Shown in pieces: positions 33,700 to 39,800 of a stretch of 39,800 nt of DNA. Positions within the stretch are counted from its first letter, which is position 1, and each line of letters begins with the position of its first letter. Origin of the DNA: a virus (taxonomy: Duplodnaviria > Caudoviricetes). Location of the stretch: positions 1-39,800 of IMG/VR virus record IMGVR_UViG_3300017747_003029; one strand, given 5' to 3'. The position numbers and the translations under genes were made by a program. The notes beneath the pieces were generated by a model, which did no database searches, was not told where the DNA came from, and worked only from the letters and a program-made list of their open reading frames with translations.

Positions 33700-33900
33700 T
33701 TAATAGTGATGGCGGGATCCAACGTAGTTTGGATCGCTCAATGCGGCCTCCTCGTCAATTGTCGTTTGGGATAACTGGGCGTGCTCCCAATACTGGCGAA
33801 CCTCCGACCAGAGCAGCGGCTCCTGCTTGTTGGCAATCATGGCGCAATCGAGGGCGGCCCAGAACGCGGTGAAGCTCATGTTCATGCTGTCGTCGCTCAT
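33700..33900 (-). CDS. Hypothetical protein
   Basis: MSDDSMNM...DPNYVGSRHHY. Confidence 0.55.
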   Translation of the reverse strand: MSDDSMNMSFTAFWAALDCAMIANKQEPLLWSEVRQYWEHAQLSQTTIDEEAALSDPNYVGSRHHY

Positions 33901-33910
33901 GTGCGCCCCC

Positions 33911-34114
33911 TTACATACCGGCCACGGATACATCGGGGCGGCCAAACGGCACCGACCCAGCGTTCAGCACCTGCGAATTGGCCTTGCGGATGAGGCTGGA
34001 ATTTTCGGAGCTGGCCATGGTCATGGCCATGGGGTGCTTCTCAATGTAGGAGATGAGCGCCTTCGCATTCTTCAGCGAGCGGTCGGCGGCGTACTTTTCG
34101 ATCAGCTTCTTCAT
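33911..34114 (-). CDS. Hypothetical protein
   Basis: MKKLIEKYAADRSLKNA...YIEKHPMA; GGAGAC SD. Confidence 0.65.
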   Translation of the reverse strand: MKKLIEKYAADRSLKNAKALISYIEKHPMAMTMASSENSSLIRKANSQVLNAGSVPFGRPDVSVAGM

Positions 34115-34185
34115 GTCGGTCTCCATTGATTAGGTGGGTGGGTGGGGGGCTAGGCCCCTCGCTTAGGCGCGGTAGGCGATCTTGA

Positions 34186-34416
34186 TTACCAGCGCACCCC
34201 GCGAGTCTTGAACCAAACGCGGGCAGTTTCGTCATCGCTGTCACAAAGAAGTCCTTCGAGGGAGCTGAAGCACAATTCGGCAAGCTGATCTTCTGTCGCA
34301 GCCTTATCGACGTATATAGTATCGTTGGCGTTCTCTTCTGCGGCCATCGTGAACTGATAGAAGCCCTCGGCTTGAGCGGCGCGATCCAGTTCGTACCAAG
34401 CGGTGATGTTCTTCAT
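34186..34416 (-). CDS. Small acidic hypothetical protein
   Basis: 76 aa; GGAG SD behind a TTGACG-17-CATAAC promoter. Confidence 0.65.
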   Translation of the reverse strand: MKNITAWYELDRAAQAEGFYQFTMAAEENANDTIYVDKAATEDQLAELCFSSLEGLLCDSDDETARVWFKTRGVRW

Positions 34417-34453
34417 TGTCGTGCTCCATGCAAGGCGTAATTGCCTGACGCCG

Positions 34454-34482
34454 GTTATGGCAAATCTAAGAATTGCCGTCAA
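34454..34482 (-). promoter_or_regulatory. First promoter of the early array
   Basis: TTGACG-gcaattcttagatttgc-CATAAC; shares the spacer motif with the other units. Confidence 0.75.
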
Positions 34483-36899
34483 CTACTTTTCTTAGATCTC
34501 TTGTAAATGACCAGCGGATGGCCGCCTTTCCGGGGTATCGACTTCTTCTGCTCGATGTCGCCGGATTCCAGAGCCATCTTGAGCATGTCCTCCAGCTCCT
34601 TCGCCTTCACCGCGCCGCGCAGGCGCTGCAGCAGATCGCGCCGGGTGAGGCCGCCCGAGGCCGCGTTCTCGACCATGCGGATGATGCGGTTGTACATTTT
34701 CTGATGCTCGTTCTCGGCCATGTAATCGATGGCCGATGCCGCCATGTTCTGGGCGCTCCAGAGGGCGACGTCCCTGCCCCACTCCATGTCCTCCCGAATC
34801 ACCTCCATGCGGCCACAGCCCCACGCCACGATGCTGGCAATGCGGACGGCGATCTCGGCGGTGCGGGCGAAGAATGGTTCCATGTGCTTGTCCTGCGAGA
34901 TCTCCTCGACCTTCCTCACCATGTCCTGATAGACCGGCCTGCCGCCGTTCCAGACCATATCCTTCAGGATCCGTGGGGCGTTCAGCGGCATGTCCTTTTG
35001 GGCGGGGTCGAGAGCCATGGCGGCGTTGAAGGCATGCACGATCTTCAGGGCCAGATCCTGCGGCACGTCACCAGCATGCTGGGGCTCGACCTCTGCGGGC
35101 TTGATGTTGGTCGAGAAGACCAGAAACCGGTTCAGGAAGCCGTTCCGGATGTCGGCGCTCTGCAGGCTCTCGAAATACTCCTCCGCCGTGCTGACGCCGT
35201 AGATCGACATGGCGGGGCGCTGGATCTCGACCGACGCCCGCCCGGCCCATTCCGGGGTCATGTAATCGCCAAAACTGATGCCCCAGATCGACCGCAGGAT
35301 TTTGCTGATACCCTGCTCGTGGGTCGAAGAGTTTTTGCTGTTGAGCTTCCGTAAGAAGGCACCGAATTCGTCCATGGCGCAGACGGACAGGGCCTGCCGC
35401 TGCAGGTAGTTGATGATCGAGGACATGCTCATGAACTCTGACGGCCCAACCAGATAGCCGCAGGTGGAGGCCTTCAGCAGCTTCCCAATGGCCTGCAGGG
35501 GGTGATCCTTGCCTGCCCCTGACGGTGCCAGCCCAACGATGTAGAGGTGGCTGCCGGATCGCGTAGGGCCACGCACGCCCGCCCCCATGAGGGTGCCCAC
35601 AATGGTCAGGGCGGCCCCTAGAGCCAGCAGGCGCGATGGGCGGCGGGCACCGCCAACAATCCAATCCATGACGTCACCCACAAGCCCCTGCGGGTTCAGC
35701 AGGTGCTGCGGAAACTCCCGAAGCATGACCTCCGTCTGCGGCGCGGCCTTCGGTGGCTCCGGGGCGTACTCTTCCGAATTTTCGGCAGGCCCTTCTTCGG
35801 CGGCCTCTTCCGATGATTCTTCCTTTTTCTTAATGATTTCCGCGTCTTCCATGAAGGATTTGACCGGTTCCTCGGCTGGTGCCGAATTTTCGGGAGAGTT
35901 TTCACCCCTGTTTTCACCCCCATTTTCACCCTCCATGCGGATGGGCGGGACGTTGAACTTGACTTCCTGAATCAGGTTCACGCGGGTGCCCAGCCACCGC
36001 ACGGCGTCGTCCAGATCGACGCTCAGGGCCTGCATGACCAGATTGATGGCAGTGTACCGGTCGCCCGTCCCGAAATCCCGCGCGCCAAGATTCGGGGCAA
36101 TGGATAGATTCGGACTGCGCTGGTTGAGATCTCTGCCGGTCGAGGATGGCCGCCACCATGCGACGGCCTTGTAGTGCCCGTTGCCTTCCCGGCGGCACTT
36201 GGGCAGGCCCAGATCGGGCACCCACATGTCGAGGTTCGCATAGGCGGTGTTGTTCAGCAGCCGCCAGAACTTGTCGTCGCCCGGCTCGACGGGCTGGAAT
36301 GGCATCTCGACCGGCTTCACCGGCTTCTTCGTGAGCGCCTCGACGGTGTCCATGAACCGCTCGAGATCGTCCTCGGTCAGCACCGGCAGATCCTTTGCCG
36401 GGGTGTTCAGCAGGGTGCTGGCGGTCGTCCAGATGTATGGCTTGCCGGTGTCTGGGTGGATCGATGGCGGAATCACCGTCTGCCGGGTGTCGGTCAAAAG
36501 CTCCACGATGGGCGTTCGGAAGCCTTTGGTGCCGACCGGCGCGAGGTAGAACGACGAATGCCCGCGACGCCCTTTCTTGCGCACCGGCGAATACGGCAAG
36601 GCCGCCTCAAGCTCCTGCAGGATGTCGTAATCGTCGGTGTCGAAATCGATGACCACGAGGACGTATTGAGGCGTGGCGCTCGTGCCGGTGACAATTCCCA
36701 CGTTGCCGTCCGGCCAGTTTGACCAGACCTTGATCAAGAAATCCTTTGGTTGCTCGTGACGAAATTTCTGCCAGCCCGTCATGGGCCGCCACTTTCCGCC
36801 ACGAAACTCCGATGGAGCCTTGCTGTCCGGCGCGATGGGGAGCGGGTGATAGCCATTGGCCATCAACGCCGCGATAACAGTGGAGAGGGGAGATGTCAT
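34479..36899 (-). CDS. Bifunctional primase/polymerase (Prim-Pol/AEP) fused to a DUF3987-like P-loop helicase domain
   Basis: N-terminal YHPLPI, GNVGIVTG, VIDFD, QTVIPPSIHPDTGKPY.W; C-terminal Walker A APSGAGKD, Walker B MDEFG, NGFLNRF. Confidence 0.85.
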   Translation of the reverse strand: MTSPLSTVIAALMANGYHPLPIAPDSKAPSEFRGGKWRPMTGWQKFRHEQPKDFLIKVWSNWPDGNVGIVTGTSATPQYVLVVIDFDTDDYDILQELEAALPYSPVRKKGRRGHSSFYLAPVGTKGFRTPIVELLTDTRQTVIPPSIHPDTGKPYIWTTASTLLNTPAKDLPVLTEDDLERFMDTVEALTKKPVKPVEMPFQPVEPGDDKFWRLLNNTAYANLDMWVPDLGLPKCRREGNGHYKAVAWWRPSSTGRDLNQRSPNLSIAPNLGARDFGTGDRYTAINLVMQALSVDLDDAVRWLGTRVNLIQEVKFNVPPIRMEGENGGENRGENSPENSAPAEEPVKSFMEDAEIIKKKEESSEEAAEEGPAENSEEYAPEPPKAAPQTEVMLREFPQHLLNPQGLVGDVMDWIVGGARRPSRLLALGAALTIVGTLMGAGVRGPTRSGSHLYIVGLAPSGAGKDHPLQAIGKLLKASTCGYLVGPSEFMSMSSIINYLQRQALSVCAMDEFGAFLRKLNSKNSSTHEQGISKILRSIWGISFGDYMTPEWAGRASVEIQRPAMSIYGVSTAEEYFESLQSADIRNGFLNRFLVFSTNIKPAEVEPQHAGDVPQDLALKIVHAFNAAMALDPAQKDMPLNAPRILKDMVWNGGRPVYQDMVRKVEEISQDKHMEPFFARTAEIAVRIASIVAWGCGRMEVIREDMEWGRDVALWSAQNMAASAIDYMAENEHQKMYNRIIRMVENAASGGLTRRDLLQRLRGAVKAKELEDMLKMALESGDIEQKKSIPRKGGHPLVIYKRSKKSS

Positions 36900-36911
36900 G
36901 CTATCTTTCCA

Positions 36912-37343
36912 TCAAAACGGAACGTCGCTCTCGAGCGCGGTGGTTCCTTTTCGCATCTGATTGGAATATGCCAAAAAGATCTGCGCGATGACCTTTGAGG
37001 CTTCTCCGTTCTCAAAGATTTTCGCCACCATGGGATCGAACCGGTCCCCTGTCATGGCATCAAGATCTCGAACACCACTCTCCCATATCACGCCCATGAT
37101 AGCCGCGACGAGGTTTCCGATGTTATGCTCTATGGCGTGATCGAAGGCTATGGCCTCCGCCTTTTCAAGCTTCGTGGGGTTCATGAGTGCGACTTTCATT
37201 CCAAGCAGAGCGTTGCACAGGTTACACATCCATTGCACGCCGGGGATCGTGCGAGGCTCTACAGTCCCGACGTTCCCGGCTGCACGGAAGCAGACCCCGC
37301 ATATTTGAGGTTCTTCAGACCTCGTTAAGGTAAAGCGAAGCAT
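36912..37343 (-). CDS. Hypothetical protein with Cys4 Zn-finger
   Basis: ICGVC...MCNLC, C-terminal DVPF; TGATG coupling to the gcrA-like gene. Confidence 0.55.
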   Translation of the reverse strand: MLRFTLTRSEEPQICGVCFRAAGNVGTVEPRTIPGVQWMCNLCNALLGMKVALMNPTKLEKAEAIAFDHAIEHNIGNLVAAIMGVIWESGVRDLDAMTGDRFDPMVAKIFENGEASKVIAQIFLAYSNQMRKGTTALESDVPF

Positions 37344-37846
37344 CACCAAACAACACGCAAGATCTTTTTGACCGGGGGCATTGCTTGCACATAGCACCGG
37401 TCGTGATGCTCTTGGCAATACTGGGAGTTTATCCGTTTCTTTTGATTGCAGAACAGATGAACGCCATGGTCAGTGGACGAGACCGCGTAAAGACACCCGG
37501 TCACAGCATCTATTGTAACCAGACCGTCGCGCACGGGGCGCGGAATTGGCTTGAAGGTGAAGATGTTCCCGTGGCTCCGATTCGGGACCTTGTGCCCTGC
37601 TTTATCAGGTGATTCGGCCTTGCCTGCGTGGGCTTCCGGGGGCGAGATCTGGCGCTTCAAAGGTTTGTAATCTTTTCGGCGCGGCAACTTCCCCTGATAC
37701 ATGAGCCGGTTCAGCTTGCCCACAACGGCGTTCCTTGTGAGGTGGCAGCCAAACCTTTCGTTCAGCAAATACGCCACCTCCGAAGCCGGTTTGCCCTCAT
37801 CCCAGAGCTTTGCCGCCATGTCGAGAATTTTCTGTGTCCAAAGCAT
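37343..37846 (-). CDS. gcrA: GcrA-like cell-cycle/transcription regulator
   Basis: W....D...KLWDEG.PASEVA......TRNAVVGKLNRL N-terminal domain and C..(Y/W)...HLFC.......YCQEH C-terminal Cys/His domain. Confidence 0.85.
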   Translation of the reverse strand: MLWTQKILDMAAKLWDEGKPASEVAYLLNERFGCHLTRNAVVGKLNRLMYQGKLPRRKDYKPLKRQISPPEAHAGKAESPDKAGHKVPNRSHGNIFTFKPIPRPVRDGLVTIDAVTGCLYAVSSTDHGVHLFCNQKKRINSQYCQEHHDRCYVQAMPPVKKILRVVW

Positions 37847-37850
37847 GAGA

Positions 37851-38060
37851 TCACGCCTTGTACAGGTCGGGGCGAAGGGCCCGCGCGGGGATCTTGGTGA
37901 TCTTGGAGACCATGCTCACATGCCTTTTGGGCACCCTTTTCCACTGGCTGATAGCGCCGGTCGAGAGGTTGAGCTTCTCCGTCATGCGCAGCCTGCGGCC
38001 CCGCTTTGCGTCGAACCAATTGATAAGATATTCCATTTTTGATTTCTCCATTTCCGCCAT
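37851..38060 (-). CDS. Cro-like (YdaS-type) HTH regulator
   Basis: EKLNLSTGAISQWKRVP......SKITKIPARALRPDLY; divergent from the plus-strand operon. Confidence 0.8.
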   Translation of the reverse strand: MAEMEKSKMEYLINWFDAKRGRRLRMTEKLNLSTGAISQWKRVPKRHVSMVSKITKIPARALRPDLYKA

Positions 38061-38074
38061 TTGAGGCCGGGCGA

Positions 38075-38157
38075 ATCTTAGTTGACGCCGTCTGGAGAAG
38101 TCAAAGGGAATCTACGAAAAAAGGTGATTGACGGGAAACGCGAAGTGAGCGTATGCC
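38075..38157. promoter_or_regulatory. Divergent promoter region
   Basis: Minus: TTGACT-18-TAAGAT (38104-38075). Plus: TTGACG-18-TATGCC (38128-38157). Confidence 0.5.
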
Positions 38158-38231
38158 TATGCCGTCGCCCGGAAACGGACCGACTGCGCCGAACACAAGC
38201 GCATCATGAACGAGCGAAACGAGGAACGAAG

Positions 38232-38432
38232 ATGAACATGAAGCACGCCATATCTGAGATATTAGAGGCGCTGGAAGCGGCCTCCGATTATTTTGACGAA
38301 CGCTCTGACGTCGTCGATGGATCCTACGGGATCCCCGAACCCAACAAAGAAATGAGCCTGCTGCAGCAGTGCGAAGACGCCATCAAATTGCTTTCCGCGC
38401 TTCAGAACCGCGTGGAGAAGGCAAATGCTTAA
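38232..38432 (+). CDS. Hypothetical protein
   Basis: MNMKHAISEILEAL...YFDERSDVVDG...PEPNKEMSLL; GAGGA SD. Confidence 0.65.
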   Translation: MNMKHAISEILEALEAASDYFDERSDVVDGSYGIPEPNKEMSLLQQCEDAIKLLSALQNRVEKANA

Positions 38433-38847
38433 AGTCAAGGATTTGCAAAACGGCGAGCTGCCGCACAATCCCGAGGGTTTGATTTTATGGCTGACGACTG
38501 CCAATCGCGGCGAGACAATCTCATATTACCGTGGAAGCTTGTGCAATGACCGTGGATTCCTGTCTGCCAGACGGGCCAGCGCCATCAGTGCTGCAGCGGA
38601 CATCATGCTTGCGGCATGCGAAGCCGGGTTCATCAACATCCTGCAGGTTCGGTGTGGCGAGGGCGATTACATATACGCCGCCAAGCGCGCCGATGTTGAG
38701 TTTCGGACTGAGAAACTGCTCCAAAGCATGGAAGACATCAAGGATCGCCGGAGGGAGGACGTGAAGAACGAGCGCGCCAGAGAGCGCGATGCGGCAAGAA
38801 AGAAGGCAAGAGAGCAAATGGAACCACAAGAAGGAAATATGGCATAA
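38425..38847 (+). CDS. Hypothetical protein
   Basis: 140 aa, GETISYYRGSL..DR...LQVR......YIYAA. Confidence 0.65.
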   Translation: MLKVKDLQNGELPHNPEGLILWLTTANRGETISYYRGSLCNDRGFLSARRASAISAAADIMLAACEAGFINILQVRCGEGDYIYAAKRADVEFRTEKLLQSMEDIKDRRREDVKNERARERDAARKKAREQMEPQEGNMA

Positions 38848-39620
38848 TGGCGCTTTCGTTAGAATCACTTCAGAAAATCAGGAATCAGATCGATCCGATC
38901 CTCCTGTTCTACGGCACCGCAGGCATGGGCAAGACCACGCTTGCACTTGATGCGCCGAGCCCGGTCTACTTGCAGATCTCCCCGGAGCGCCCACCCATGG
39001 GCGTAGAGACGACATCATTCGGTGAGATCACGTCATGGGCGCAGATCTGCGAGGCGCTAACCGCGCTCTACGAGCAGGAGCACGAGTTCAAGACGGTGAT
39101 CATCGACAGCCTCGACGCCCTCGAACCGATCCTCTGGAAGGATGTCTGCATTCAGAACCAGTGGGCCAATATTGAGGCTCCGGGTTACGGCAAGGGTTAC
39201 ATGATCGCCGATGGCCATTGGCGTCAGTTGATCGACATGTGCGATTACCTGCGCCGGGATCGCGGCATGACCGTCATCTGGCTTGCTCTGGCGCTGGCCA
39301 AGGACCACGAGGAGCCGGGGGCTCAATCCTACAAGCGGTACGACTTGAAGCTCCACAAGCGGGCCGAGGGCTTCGTCACGCAGGCGGCTGACGGCGTCTT
39401 CTTTATCAACACCAAGGTCGTCGTGAAGGAAGCAGACGGCGGCTTCGGAAAGAAATCCGTCCACGCTGAAGGCGGCGGTGCCCGGTGGCTGTTCACTGAC
39501 GCGCGGCCAGCCTTCGTGGCCAAGAACCGCTTCAACATGCCGGAATCCATCATGCTGCCAAAGGGCAAGGGATGGACGGAAATCTCCAAGCACATCGCCA
39601 ACTCTCAGAAGGAAGTCTAA
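38847..39620 (+). CDS. AAA_24 / Sak4-like ATPase (recombination)
   Basis: Walker A YGTAGMGKTT, Walker B VIIDSLD, PGYGKGY, AKNRF. Confidence 0.85.
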   Translation: MALSLESLQKIRNQIDPILLFYGTAGMGKTTLALDAPSPVYLQISPERPPMGVETTSFGEITSWAQICEALTALYEQEHEFKTVIIDSLDALEPILWKDVCIQNQWANIEAPGYGKGYMIADGHWRQLIDMCDYLRRDRGMTVIWLALALAKDHEEPGAQSYKRYDLKLHKRAEGFVTQAADGVFFINTKVVVKEADGGFGKKSVHAEGGGARWLFTDARPAFVAKNRFNMPESIMLPKGKGWTEISKHIANSQKEV

Positions 39621-39622
39621 AA

Positions 39623-39800
39623 ATGGCACGTCTTATCGATCTCTATGATCCCAGCTTCAACCCCAATGAAGTCGAGACGGCTCGCCAGTCGGAGCCGATC
39701 CCGGATGGCGATTACACCATGCAGGTGACCAAGACGGAACTGAACGAAACCAAGTCGCGCAATGGTTACCGGCTCGACGTTGAGTTCACCATCGTTGAGG
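39623..39800 (+). CDS. DUF669-like single-stranded DNA-binding protein, truncated by window edge
   Basis: MARLIDLYDPSFNPNEV...EPIPDGDY...ETKSRNGYRL.VEFTIVE; typical partner gene downstream of Sak4-like ATPases. Confidence 0.7.
   Translation, partial: MARLIDLYDPSFNPNEVETARQSEPIPDGDYTMQVTKTELNETKSRNGYRLDVEFTIVE

Noticed and set aside
31268-34482. Repeated ~55-bp units as a CRISPR array or integron attC sites
   Set aside because: Spacers are 0.5-0.9 kb and contain whole genes; no cas or integrase gene; the repeats parse fully as terminator+promoter.
34473-36998. Plus-strand and alternate-frame ORFs over the primase-helicase
   Set aside because: They overlap a well-supported 806-aa gene and have R/P/G-rich off-frame composition.
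37851-38230. Lambda-like cI/cro lysogeny switch
   Set aside because: Only a Cro-like gene is present; no CI-like repressor with peptidase domain and no integrase in the window, so lifestyle cannot be called.

Overview
The window is most of a high-GC tailed phage genome with a short-tail (podovirus-like) gene layout. The host is probably an alphaproteobacterium, since it carries a GcrA homolog and GANTC sites in promoters. Nearly all genes from 1 to 38060 are on the minus strand. In transcription order (high to low coordinates) they are: Cro-like HTH, GcrA-like regulator, primase/polymerase-helicase, an array of small 'early-type' genes separated by a repeated terminator+promoter+leader unit, an AT-rich nested inverted-repeat region (candidate origin), small terminase, a tightly coupled array of small hypothetical genes with repeated junctions, a DNA methyltransferase, large terminase, portal, three large head-region proteins (InPase-like, ART-like, HhH-glycosylase-like and GNAT-like domains plus low-complexity basic sequence), GroES-like co-chaperonin, scaffold, decoration and major capsid proteins, head-tail proteins, tail fibre, an M15 endolysin lysis cassette and tail proteins. 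A divergent plus-strand recombination/replication operon (AAA_24/Sak4-like ATPase, DUF669-like SSB) starts at about 38230. No integrase, tRNA or CRISPR array is visible. The most striking unexplained pattern is a short [RKFYH]-x-x-G-G-x-[VAT] peptide motif. It recurs more than 20 times across five head-region proteins including the portal, and sits at the boundaries of their enzyme-like domains, which suggests a tag for capsid loading or processing of protein cargo. All family assignments come from motif recognition by eye; no database searches were run.
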